This document shows, one piece after another, positions 48,901 to 61,300 of a stretch of DNA of 64,000 nt (within the stretch, counting starts at the first letter, position 1; the number at the start of each line of letters is the position of its first letter). Below the pieces are notes generated by a model. It worked only from the letters and a program-made list of their open reading frames with translations. It was not told the origin of the DNA and ran no database searches. The stretch comes from Callorhinchus milii (taxonomy: Eukaryota). The translations under genes were made by a program, and so were the position numbers. The DNA lies in the NCBI RefSeq assembly GCF_018977255.1, contig NW_024704743.1, positions 25,856,001 through 25,920,000 on the forward strand. Direction: 5' to 3'.

Positions 48901-50297
48901 TGATATATGTAACATCATCACCCATACATTTATTTGCCTCTAAGAATCCCACTGTGACATTTCATCTATCCCAATTAACATTTCTGCTAGAGCAGAGCAA
49001 GTTGAAAGGGGATTTGATTGAAGTCTTTAAAATGCTAAAGGATCTTGGCAAGGTAATAGGGAAAACTATTTCCTTTAGATGGTGACAAGAGGTGAGGGGT
49101 TAGTCTCAAGATTACAGGAAAAAAATAGCGAGGAAAGGCAAGCTTTGAAGGGTTGAAGAGCCTCTTTCTGTACATGGAAACGTTTCCATGTTTTAATGTA
49201 AATCACTTTGATCTGTATTCCTGTTTTTGGTGGTCGTTTCCTCATGGGTACTCATGGAACAAGTCTGTAGGCCAAAATGTAATATCTGAGCAAGGGACAT
49301 TTTGATTCGCGTTGACCTGGACTAGTCTTAATCTACTCATTTGACCAAGTGGTGTTTTTGACCAATTGACATATTTGACCATGTGCCACATGAAACCAAA
49401 TTGCTTCTTTAATGTTTGTCCCTAATCCCCGAACAGCCAACCTTAGAGTCTTGTGTCATCATTCAAATATCTTTGAACAGATGGTGTCTAATCCAGCGTG
49501 TTGTAATTGTGTCTACTCATTTTGGCAAATGAATTATATTCATACATTTGGCCATCTAGAAAAACATTTCAAATGTGAACTTTTTTTTAGTTTTATACAC
49601 TGCAGAATTTTTTTTAATGTTTATTTTATTTCAGGTTTGTCTTTCCTTAGGACAGATTGTCACCTGCTCCTCGGGGGAGCTATGCCAACCACATCTTTAG
49701 GAAGACAAAGGTGATGGGAAAGGCAGGTCCAAACTTGTTTGCTTGTTTCTGAGAAAAGGAAAACCAAGATTTAGAAATCTCTTGTGTGTTGACAGGTCCT
49801 AGTCACTTGGTTTGACATCTTAACATATGATGTGTTCTTCCTAGGCCATGTAATTAAATAATCTCCTATCCAATCTTATACCAGCGATCACAGTAGACTA
49901 ATGAAATTCATCCGGTTATTTTATTAATGTTATATGGTTCATACTCAGAGTTAATATTGGGACTTATAATGTGTCAATGACCACTGTTGATACATTTTAC
50001 AACAAAGAAAATTCCTCCCTGTTGTTGTGTTCTAATTTATTGACTATTCTGTCTTCTGCCACCCTGTCAAAAACATGTAAAATCGTGCTTACGGCGAATA
50101 TAAAAGTTGCATCTGAGATTTCTGTATTTGGTCATCAGAGAGGAAATGATCACTTACAGTACACCAATGCAATTATAAATTTGCAAATCAAAAGAAAAGT
50201 GTTCATGGACCTGTTCATGTAATCTTACAATGACTTGTGGCTCTACCCAATCACCATTTAGAATTTTGTAGGAGCAATTCTAATCGAAGGCAAGATA

Positions 50298-52760
50298 CAA
50301 CAACAACATGGTCAGAGTGAGGGGAGGGAAGGGAGGGAGCGAGGAGGGGGAAGAGAGTTGAGAGGGGAGCTGAAGGCTCGGTCAAAGAGAAAGGTTTTGA
50401 GACCGGCCTTGAAGGAGGAGAGGGAGGAAGCGGCGAAGGCACTGGGGGATGGAGTTCCAGAGCCTGGGGGCTGAGAGGCTGAAGGCCCGACCACCGATGG
50501 TAGGGCGGTTGGGGCGGGGGACGTGGAGCAGACCGGAGCCGGAGGAACGGAGGGTACGGGCAGGTAGGTAGGGGGATAGTTGGTCAGAGAGGTAGGAGGG
50601 AGCAAGGCCGTGAATGGCCTTATAGGTGAGGATGAGGATCTTGAAATCAATCCTCTGGGGGATGGGGAGCCAGTGGAGGCGAGCGAGGGTGGGAGTGATG
50701 TGGTCCCGAAGTCTGGTGCGGGACAGTACACGAGCTGCAGAGTTCTGAATGACCTGCAGCTTGTGGAGGGAGGTGGCGGGAAGGCCGGCGAGGAGAGAGT
50801 TCCCATAGTCCAGCCTTGAGGTGACAAAGGCGTGAACCAGGGTTTCAGCAGCGTGAGGGGTGAGGTAGTGCCGTAGTCTGGCGATGTTCCGGAGGTGATG
50901 GAAGGCGGTGCCAGTTGTGGTGCGGATGTGAGGGAGAAAGGACAGCTCAGGGTCGAACAAAACGCCGAGGTTCCTGACTGGCTTTGAGAGGTGGAGAGTG
51001 CAGCCTTGGATGCTGATGGTGTCGGCGCCTGAGGTGCGGAGGCGCTGACGTGAGCCAATCAGGAGGGCCTCGGTTTTTCGCACGTTGAGCTGAAGAAAGT
51101 TGTCTCTCGTCCAGGACTCGATGTCGGACAGGCAGGCTGTCAGGACATCGGTGGTCGTGGAGTTGAGAGTAGAGGAGGAAAGGTAGAGTTGGGTGTCATC
51201 CGCATACATGTGGAAGTTAACTCCATGTCTGCGGATGATGTCACCAAGGGGGAGCATATAGAGGGTGAAGAGGAGGGGACCGAGGACAGAGCCCTGAGGG
51301 ACACCACATGAGACAGTGCGGGGGGTGGAGGAGAAGCCATTTGTAGAGACAAAGTGAAGACGGTGAGAAAGGTACGACCTAAACCACTCAAGGACAGTGC
51401 CTTGAAGGTTGAGGTGGGAGGACAAGCGGTGGAGTAGGATAGCGTGGTCGACCGTATCGAATGCTGCCGATAGGTCGAGGAGGACGAGGAGGCAGAGGGA
51501 GCCCTGGTCACAGATGGTCAGGATATCATTGGTGACCTTGACCAGGGCAGTTTCTGTGCTATGGGCAGCACGGAAACCTGACTGAAGGGGTTCGAAAAGA
51601 GAATGGGTGGAAAGGAAAGAGCGCAGTTGGGAGGCGACAACTCTTTCCAGGACCTTGGAGAGAAAGGGGAGGTTGGAGATGGGCCGGTAGCTTGATAGCT
51701 GCGACGCATCAAGGGAGGGTTTTTTCAGGGTGGGCGTGATGGTGGCAGTTTTTAAGGGAATGGGGACAGAGCCAGAGGAGAGGGACAGGTTGATGATGTC
51801 GGTGATATGTGGGGCAAGAAAGTGGAGCTGGGAGATAAGGAGTGGAGTGGGGATGGGGTCAAGGGAGCAGGTGGTTGGTTTTAGGGATAGGATGAGTTTG
51901 GTGACAGAGGGTGGGGAAACGGGTACAAAAGTGAGTAGGGGAGGATGGGTAGCAGTCGGAGTGTGGGAGGAGGGGGTTGGGGGTTGGTGGATGTTGGAGG
52001 GGAAGTGACCGCGGAGCGAATTCCCTTGATCTTGGATTCAAGGAAATCCAGCATCTCCTCGCAGTGAAGGTTGGAGGAGATGACCTGCGCGGGGTGGCGG
52101 GGGGGACGGAGGAGTCGGGTTGTGGTGGAAAACAGTAGCCTGGGGTTGTTCTTCGCCTCCAGGATTATCCTGGAGTAGAAGGACGACTTGGCCGAGGCTA
52201 GAGTGGAGCGGTAAATTTTGAGGAGGTCCAGCCAGATTTGTCGGTGGACCGTTAGGCCAGATTTGACACAGGTGCGTTCAGCGGCCCGCACCTGGCTTTT
52301 CAGTGAGCGGAGGTGGGTGGTGTACCAGGGGGAGGAGCGGGAGTAGGAGACAGTGCGGGAAGTGATGGGGGCAAGAGTATCGAGTGTGGAGGAGAGGGTA
52401 TTGTGGAGGAGGGAGAGAGGAGAAGAGGGGTCGGTGAGGGTTGAAGGCCAGAGGGAGAGGAGTTCAGAGGACTCCAAGGCATCGGTTAGGGATTGTGGGG
52501 GTAACTTCTTCCAAGGGCGGTAGAAGATGGTGGTGGGTCTGGTGGAGGTGGGGAGGGGGGTGGAGGTGGTGAAGGAGATGAAGTGGTGGTCAGAGATGGC
52601 CTTGTCGGTAATAGTGACATCTGAGGCACTGAGGCCCCGGGTGAACACACAAATCGAGTGGGTGGCCGTGACTGTGAGTGTGGGAGTTTATGTGTAAGGA
52701 GAGGTTGAGTGAGGAGAGCAGGGAAGAGAAGTCTGAGGAGAGTGAACGTGAGGAGGGATA
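50298..52760 (-). mobile_element. L2-clade LINE, longest copy (endonuclease C-terminus, linker, RT)
   Basis: THSHGHPLDL and ISDHHFISF (APE endonuclease end), SPWYT, YADD-containing ORF 50382-51425. Frameshifts near 52650 and 51960-52005; (CAA)n tail at 50298. Confidence 0.95.
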
Positions 52761-53215
52761 TTTTGTGCCTATATCTAGCATCATTTTTTTTTTAAAAAAA
52801 AGCATCATAGAACTCCCAAACTGAAGTTTGGACCTTCACAATAGAGCGACCCTGTCAGTCGCTTAGTTCAGAACATTTTGCATTTGTACTTCAATTTGAA
52901 TCTCACCCCTATCTGAAAGTCATAGTAAGATGATAGCTACATAACATTCGTAGGCAAACAGATCATCCTCTTCAGCAGGGTGGATAAATTATCTTGTCTA
53001 GGCATGATCAACCTGAGAGCATTGCAGATGAGCTAGCTCATCCTGTAGCAGTGGGTCTCAATTTGAAGGCTTTCACGCATGTCAACGATTTGTGTCTGTA
53101 GTTCAATTAGGGTGCTTGTTATAGTTGAAGTACAGTACTCAGATGGCCACTGGAGATGCTTTTCGGCAGATTGAATAATCAAAGCGAATTGTTCAGAGTT
53201 GCTCCCACCTCCAAA

Positions 53216-53532
53216 ATCCTGTAGCTTATTGGTCAGAGCACTCGCCTTGTAAGCGAGAGACGCAGGTTCGATTTCCGACAGGGCGAAATGTTGGGCAAGT
53301 TTCCTTACTCCACCTGCCTCTGTTCACCTAGCAGTAAGTAGGAACCCGGCTGTTAGGCGATTGGTGGATCGCTTTTCTGGGGGTAATAATTCCTTCCAAA
53401 AAAAATAATAAATTGGTCACTCAATCCACAACTGTTTGTGGGACACTGCTGTGCGCAATTGGCTGCCGCGTTTCGGCCACAAAATATACAGTCAATTCAA
53501 TTTACGGTATATTTTGTGAAGCGCTTTGAGAC
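53216..53532 (+). mobile_element. SINE family A, long form
   Basis: tRNA head plus the extra segment ctgttcacctagcagtaagtaggaacccggctgttaggcgattgg. Confidence 0.9.
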
Positions 53533-53778
53533 AACAACAACAAAATTACATTTGTATAGCGCCTTTCACTTTGGGAGGATTTCCCAAGGCGCTGCACAGA
53601 CAGTCATGGACCTGAGCTGGGGATCGGGGTGGGTGAAGGGCAGGGGGGGAAGCAGGGAGATCGAAAGCACGGTCAAAGTGGAGGGTCTTGAGATGGGTCT
53701 TGAAAGTGGCAAGGGTGGGGGCAAGGAGGAGGGACTGCGGGATGGAGTTCCAGAGGATGGGGGCAGAGTGGCACTGAA
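53533..53778 (-). mobile_element. L2 3' tail abutting the truncated end of a SINE
   Basis: aacaacaacaaaattacatttgtatagcgcctttcac begins directly after the SINE sequence gcgctttgagac. Confidence 0.8.
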
Positions 53779-54164
53779 ACCAACGATCCTCATTGCACAG
53801 AAATCTTCTGTTCAGTGCTGGAAGTACAATTTAAAAATTGTTTACCTTTCTGCTTGTTGGTGCATATCACAGCACTTATGTTTTAACTGTTTTAAATTAA
53901 TATTTTACTGAAGTTGCATTTTAACCTGAGAAACTATCGTAAAAGTGCTCTTGCCACAAATGAGTAGTTAGGCAACTGGTGCAGTGATCTTCCTGCATTG
54001 GTTAACCAATCTCCTATTTTGCTAAGTTCTTGACATTGGCCATGCGGTGGCCAATCCTGGAGCCAGATGGTGGTCCTATCCTTTCTGGCTGTGGTTAATG
54101 TATAGCTCGGTGGACCACAATAAAAGGAGAGAGACAAAACATTTAGAATATTGGACCATTATGC

Positions 54165-55373
54165 TCTCTCTATATGTTCTCCTGGATCTCTCCGCTGAAA
54201 TCAACACAGTCGATCATGCCATCCTCCTCCCCCGCCTCTACTCCCTCATCCACACTCACATGGTTCGTGTCCTACTTAACAAACAGCCACCAATACATTG
54301 CGGCAAATGATTTTTCCTCCCGCTCCTGCCTGGTCACCTGCAGGGTATCCCAAGGCTCCACCCTTGGCTCCTTCCTTTTCCTCATCTACATGCTCCCTCT
54401 CAGCAATGTCATCCGCAGACATGGGGTCACCTTCCACATGTATGCGGATGACACACAAATCCATTTCTCCTTCAGGGGCGACTCCCAGTCCACTGATTTC
54501 CGGTCAGCTTGTTTGACAGACATCAAGACCTGGATGAACGCAAATTTCTTGCAGCTGAATGTTGGCAAGACGGAGGCCATACTCTTTGGCTCCCGTCAAC
54601 GTCTTCTCTACTGCGGGTCTAAACTCTTCAACCTCCCCAGGCTCTCCCTCAGACTCACTGAACCGATGCGCAACTTAGACATCGGATTCGATTCCCAACT
54701 TTCCTTTCTGTCTCACATCCTGACCAGGACTGATTTTCTCCACCTCCGTCACATTGCCCACCTTCGTTTCATTGCCTACATCCATCCGTACCTCACAAGC
54801 AAAGAAACTAAAGCCCTCATACACGCGTTCATCCAATGCCTTCCTCGCTGGTCTCCCCAGCTTCACAATACACATAATTCAACTAATTCAAAACTCTGCC
54901 ACCCATATACTCACATGCACAAACTCCATACCCCCATCGCACCAGTCCTTGTTAGGCTCCACTGGCTCCCATTTACAAATGGATTGATATCAAGATCCTC
55001 TCACTCATTTTAAAATCCCTTCATGCCCTCATACCTCCCTATCTATCTGATTTGCTTAACCCGCACTCCACTACCCACTGCCTCTGCTCGGCTGACTCCG
55101 GCCTCCTGTGTGTCCCTTGTCCCCTTTGCTTCACCATTGGTGGCCGTGCCTTCAGCCACTATGCCCTGAAACTCTGGAACTCTCTCCCTAAATCCCTCCG
55201 CCTTGCCCCCTCCCTCCCCACTTTCAAATCGCACCTAAAGACCTTGCTATTTGATTGTGCTTACGGTCACCTTCCCCTTCTCCTCCTGGCTCAGGTACAG
55301 ACTCTGCCACTGTTAAGCGCTCTGGGAAGCTAACCGCTGTGAAGGACACTCTATAAATGCAAGTTCTTGTTGT
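54165..55373 (+). mobile_element. L2-clade LINE, old degenerate RT/3' fragment
   Basis: [41 protein letters not shown]; tail gttcttgttgtt. Confidence 0.9.
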
Positions 55374-55496
55374 TAAACCCTCTCCACCAAAAAAAGACAG
55401 GTTATGTAATAAGAGAGGACTGCAACAGGCCACAAAGGATTGGAGACAGCAGGAAAGTGGCGAAATGAAATAATCCAGATACATGCGCACCAATCT

Positions 55497-55800
55497 AATA
55501 ATAATATTTGTATTTCATACAGTGCTTTTCAGATTTGGAAGATGTTTCAAAGTACTTCACAGTATTAACTGCAAAGTGTAGTGCCTGTGAATCTTGTAAG
55601 GCAAATGTGGTGGCCAATTTGCGCATAGGAATATCCCACAAATATTCATTAAATAAAGAACCATTTTTAGGCAGATAGGATCTCAGTATCATCTGAAGGA
55701 CCTCACCTCTCATATTGTAAGTTCAAAGTCCTGTCATGGGGCTTGAACCCACAACTTTCTAGCTTAGAGGCGAGAGTGCTACCAACTGAGCTAAGCTCAC
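55497..55800 (-). mobile_element. Deu-domain SINE (family B), internally deleted
   Basis: Head gggcttgaacccacaactttctagcttagaggcgagagtgctaccaactgagc; tail taataataat. Confidence 0.72.
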
Positions 55801-56118
55801 AGCTAAATTTGCCCCCAAAACCACTCTAGTAAGTAGTTCTACTTTGTTCATAAATTTACAAACTTGTTTTGGTATAGATCGCCAGAGCTGGAACATAAGT
55901 TTGAGTGAAATACGATTTGTGGAGAAGAATTTTGTTGCGATACCAGTTGCTCACATTTCTCACCACATTAGTTCAGCAGGTCTGTCAGAATTGAATTTTT
56001 GAATGGAAGGAAATTTCAGAACATCATATTTAGCTGCAAGACCAAAATCATTCGTGTTTAAACTGGCACCCAACTGCATACCATAGCATAATCAAACAAT
56101 AATGAGGAAAGCTACCTT

Positions 56119-56440
56119 TATAATAATAATAATAATCCTTGCATTTGATATAGCGCTTTTCACGTCGGGAGGACGTCCCAAAGCTCTTCACAGAACACAC
56201 TGTAAAGTGAATTGACTGTATATTTGTGGGCGAATGCGGCAGCCAATTGTGCACAGCAATGTCCCACAAACAGTCGTAGATTGAAAATGACCAATTTATT
56301 ATTGTTTTTGGTTTTTTTGGAGGGATTATTATTAGGCGTGTGGAGTAAGGAAACTTGCCCAAGGTTTCGCCCTGCCTGGAATTGAACTCAGGTCTCTCGC
56401 TTGCAAAGCGAGTGCTCTAACCATTGAGCTACAGGACTCC
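56119..56440 (-). mobile_element. tRNA-derived SINE (family A, short form), full length and young
   Basis: Head GGAGTCCTGTAGCTCAATGGTTAGAGCACTCGCTTTGCAAGCGAG (TGC anticodon-like loop), L2-like 3' hairpin, (ATT)n tail. Confidence 0.93.
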
Positions 56441-56679
56441 TTTTTTGGATGTATATGAGATGTTATGAAATCAGATACATAAAAGATGCTACGTGGAACT
56501 TCCTCTGGGCACAATATGTTTGTAAGTAGTCACTTTTGTCTAGTTGTGGAGTCTTAGCACACAAATTATAAATGCAGACTGAAAAAAATAGTGTTAGAAC
56601 TTAAGAATCCAGAAACCTTTCCATCCACAACCTAGACCATGCTTCCTTAAGCACTGAATAGCAGTGTTAATGGAAGGAA

Positions 56680-57180
56680 CCAACTCCTCCCTCCATAGGC
56701 TGCAGACCATCCAGAACTCTGCATCCCATGTCCTCTCCCGCACCAAGTTCCATGACCCTATCACCACTATTCTCGCCCAACTCCATTGGTTTCCCATCAT
56801 ACAGAGGATACAGATCAAGATTCTGTTCCTCACCTTCAAAGCCCTCCATGGCCTCACTCCCCACTACCTCTGCAACCTCCTAACCCCCTACCAACCTGCC
56901 CGCTACCTCCGTTCAGCGGGCTCTGGCCTGCTTCACGTCCCTACCCTCGCCCGCTCCACCATTGGCGGGCAGGCCTTCAGCCACTCTGCCCCCACCCTTT
57001 GGGATTCCATCCCACAGTCTCTCCACCTCACCCCATCTCTTGCCTCCTTCAAAACCCATCTCAAGACCCTCCTCTTCAACCGTGCCTTCAATCACCCTCC
57101 TTCCCCCTCCTGCCCTCCACCCTACCTGATCCTGACCTCCAGCACCTTGGGACATCCTCCCAACATGTAAATTTTGTTGT
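56680..57180 (+). mobile_element. L2 3' fragment
   Basis: ORF 56664-57170 contains [25 protein letters not shown]. Confidence 0.9.
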
Positions 57181-57204
57181 TAAAAGAGTCAATCTATTGC
57201 CTGC

Positions 57205-57680
57205 AGGCTGTGTGTCAGTCTGGCCCAGTTGGCAGTACTCTCGTCTCTGAGCCAGAGGCTTATGGTTTCAAGCCCCACATCATGAGTTGGGAACCCTATA
57301 GTCTATGCTGACACTTCAATGCAGTGCCTTAGGCATACCGCATTGACAGAGGTGCTGTTCTTCAGATTAATTTTTAAATTGAGTACCCGTTTCCCTATCC
57401 AGGCGGACCTTAACAATCCCATGGCACTATTCAGAAAGAGAAGGGAGTTTCTCCCGGTGTCCTGGCCAACAATCCCACAAATAAAATTGGTCATTAATCC
57501 TATGACTGTTTGTGGAACAAGTTGAAAGTGTGATATACTGTAACTCAGAAGGTCAAACATTCAGATTATGTTTACTCTGCTTTGTGTAAATTGGCTGCTG
57601 CATTCACCCACAAAATACACTTCACAGTGTAAAGCGCTTTAAAACATCTCGAATAATCTGTATAACTTCATTATTATAAT
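57205..57680 (+). mobile_element. Deu-domain SINE (family B; AmnSINE1/SacSINE1-like)
   Basis: tRNA-like head followed by gaggtgctgttcttcagat..atcccatggcactattc..ggtgtcctggccaac, the recalled Deu-domain signature. Confidence 0.8.
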
Positions 57681-57683
57681 AAA

Positions 57684-58361
57684 CTTGCTGTACCCGTTGC
57701 AGCTACTCTTGCAACCAAAGGATCCAATATGTAATGTAGATTTCAGTGATATCACTCACAAACCATTTAACATGCCATAAGCACTGTGTGTACACCATAA
57801 GCAAAACTGCTGTACATGTGAGATAAGCTTCTTTGGGTCACAGCTCATGAACGATAGAAAATCTTATCAAAGCTACGCTAACCAAAGGGGTTTACTGTGT
57901 GATCCAACAGGTCCTCGAGTTATTGCAAAGCAGCTGTGCTGTTCTTCAGTTTAATTTAATTGGCCTTCTTTCTTTTGCCAGGCATTTTTATTTGTACTCG
58001 AAAGGCTTGATGTTCGCTTAGCCATCTTTATCTTGTCCCCGGCACTTGGCTTCGTCTGAGTGCGTGTGAGCTGTGTGCATGCATACATACTCTGTGATTC
58101 ACGATGTCACAACACCACTGGGAGTCGGTGCGGCCATCAGGTGTTATTGCAGTGCAAAACACAAAACTGCCATACATGTGTGATGAGCTTGTTTAGGTCA
58201 TAACATATCAACAACAGAAGATCTCCCCCAAAAATATGCCCATGACACTCCCACATGCAAGGCCTTTCCGATGAGGTATAAATCCTGTCTCTACGTCAGT
58301 CGGTTATTGAGATCTTAGCTGACACACAGACAGACAGACATTGTAATTTTATTAGTATAGA
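57684..58361 (-). mobile_element. Non-autonomous Helitron-like element
   Basis: Minus strand starts TCTATACTAATAAAA..(TGTC)n and ends with hairpin GTTGCA-N8-TGCAAC, then GGGTACAG-CAAG|T. Homologous to 12522-13318. Confidence 0.65.
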
Positions 58362-61300
58362 AGAAGAAGATATCAGATACCCAAGTAAGTAATGTATGAT
58401 AGCCTCATTCCTTTACAAATGAAGAGATGTATTTATTAAAGGGACACTGTAACCCGATAATGTGTCTCATGATATTACTCGGATACAATCTAGCATTACA
58501 GTTTACCTTATTCAGCCTTGATGGTTGTATTATGCAGATGATATTCTCACCCGTCCCAGCAGGACTAAAAACTCTCCGATATGTTGACTAGGCTATAGAA
58601 TAATATTTCAGATAAGAGCGCTGGCAGAAGTTGAAAGTGGTGACATAGTGCACCTCAGAAGGTCAATCATCTAGATTACGTTTACTCTGGTGGTCAGTGA
58701 GAGGGGAAGCAGCAGGCACAGGGTCAGGTTACCTCTGATCTGAGAAGTTCATTTAGAATGGCTAGCTTTATAAAGTCACTACAGAGGATGTGATCTGAAT
58801 GTCGAGGTAACCAAAAATAACCCACAGTGCTGGCCCACTGTTCCATTGCAATGGACCTGGCAGATTAATACAGTAGTTCTATAAATGGAAAGAAACCCAG
58901 CACATGTTCCCCAATTTGTCTACGTTGATTTTGTAACTAAAGAGTTACAAATTTCAAAATATAAACCGTATGTTAGAGCCCAATATTAAGAGGTTGAATA
59001 CTGTATGAAGGCTCTGACTTCCTTGGATACATAAGATGTCGGCTTGGCATTATGATGATTATTTAATTTGGTATGTAAGTTATACATGTCTTCATACCAT
59101 TTCTCTTTAAAACTGTTCAGGAGTTTTGCCATGCTTATTTTTAGTTTTGTATTAGATAACGCAACCAAGTATGTATTGCTGATAATTTACTTTGGGACGG
59201 TCTCATCTTTCAATTGTGATCTATTATTGTGGACCTAATGATGTCTATTTGATTGAGGAATGGTACAGAGAGGTTTAAGTGGCAAGGATTCTTCTTCTTC
59301 AACAACAACAACTTGCATTTATATAGCACCCTTCACGCAGCATAGGTAGCATCTTCAGAAGTTGTCAGTAAGAGGAGTGAGAATGAACATATGATATCAA
59401 GTGCAATGTTAGAACAATAGTGGAAAGAAGTTGTGTTACAAAATAAATGACATCAACTTTGATTTGAGCAGTGATTGTGACATTGCGGTTTCCCACAAGG
59501 TACTTGTTGTAGTAGAAGTGAAGTCCAGTTGGATTCCTCTGAAATGAGTCACGATACAATATTAGCCAGGAAACAACCCCCAATGTTCCTAACATTATTA
59601 CTCCCATACAACTGAGTTTGAGCCAAAACTCAATAAGCTCTAATGAAGCTATTTGCTTGTCCCCCTCAATTCTATAAGGGGCTTGTCCAGCTCCATTGTT
59701 TCACGTGTGGGTGAAGGGTTACAACTGAAACATTAAACTGTCTTTTGTTGTCAGATGTTTATTGACCCGCTGTACATTTCAAACATTTTCTTTTCTTTTA
59801 ATCTCACAAAGAGTCACTGCTTTCAATCAAAGATAATTTTTGGATTGAGTCATGTGCAATGATTAATAAACAGCTGTAATTTGGATACCATATTGACTGG
59901 AGAATGTGTCAGACGGTATCAGTACCTCAGGAAGGAGCGTGGATCATTAAGGAAACCAGAACTTTTTTCTGCACAGAGTTCAGCATGACATTCGAGTACG
60001 AAATGGAGAAACATGAAAGCAATCATCTTAAACATAATCTGTAGCTCAATTACAATGGCCTCTATTGCCCAAACTACAAATTCTTGTCCAGTATTGTTAA
60101 TCAAATAATGACTCAGCTAATGGACAGTAGATACAGAAAAAAGATGCAGTTATTCTGAAATTTTATGCAAATTGCATTGCATTGCTCAGATCCCCCAAAA
60201 TAGTGGATTAGTTCATTTAACTTTAAGGGGTGCCTTCTGGTATCATAGATTGTGTAAACAAGTTTATCCCTATTTGATTGAGGAATGGCACCTACTCAAC
60301 AAATCCTTCATTAATTTCTCTCCAGAAGCACATCAGATAGCTTGTTGAACCATTTATATTGTCCAATTCAAAGGCCGGACCTAATAGCGTAATCCGAATG
60401 CTTATTATGCTTTCTGACATCTCTCCTTTTTTCTAATATGTAATTTGAATTTGAAACATTAACCGGAGGGAACCATTCATCTGGCACAATTTTATCGATA
60501 GATTCATAATTCTGAGAACTTCAATGAGCTCACCTCAAAACTCTCTTCTTTTGCTTTAGAGTCTTAAAGATTTGTAGAATAAGACTTGAGAAGTCTCAGC
60601 TCTTGCATTAGGTAAAACAGATTTTACTTTGCTCTATGAATTAATTTGTAACACTATTTTTTCTTCTACTGAGATAGAATACTAGCTACCAGAGTTCAGT
60701 GATGTGTTCAGAGTCATGCTTTTGCTAAGATTATTTGTGCCCCACTTCAAAATGTGGTGTCACATTGATCACAGACTCTTATTACGTAAGAACAAAGCTT
60801 CTGTTTTCTCCAAAGAACACAATTTCATTTATTGCTACGCTAATGAAAGGTTTCATTTTGCTTTACATATTCTTTAATTGAAATCACGATATTTGCTCCC
60901 CCTTTTCAAGAAAGTAAAATTCCAAGTCACCGACTGCACAAACCAAATTTAGTCAATGGAAACATTCCTAGTTTGATGACAGATTATACAGGCTGACTTT
61001 TGTGTCTGTTTTTATTCCAAATTGACATACATGCCTAACCCTGTGAGTATGCCAAGAAAGTGACACTTAATGTTACATGATTTCATGCTGCATTTTGACT
61101 GGTTTGCTATTATATTCTCTTGGAATTAGAAACCGAGTAGACAGTGAGAGAGAAAAAGAGCCAAATGATAAAGATCTAAATTACTTGCATTAAATTAAAA
61201 CATTTGTTGAACTATAAAGCTATCACTTGTAGCTTTGTATTGTTTTCAAAAACAACTATTTATTTCTCAATTTCTAAAAGGAAAAGCATTAAAAATCAAC

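Noticed and set aside
49635..49710. Possible plus-strand exon (ttttatttcag|GTTTG...AAAG|gtgatg)
   Set aside because: Splice-like signals only; no recognisable protein and no partner exons, so unsupported without RNA data.
56365..56440. tRNA-Ala(TGC)-like sequence, also at 63489, 53216 and 43763
   Set aside because: Acceptor stem does not pair and each copy continues into the SINE body; these are SINE heads, not tRNA genes.
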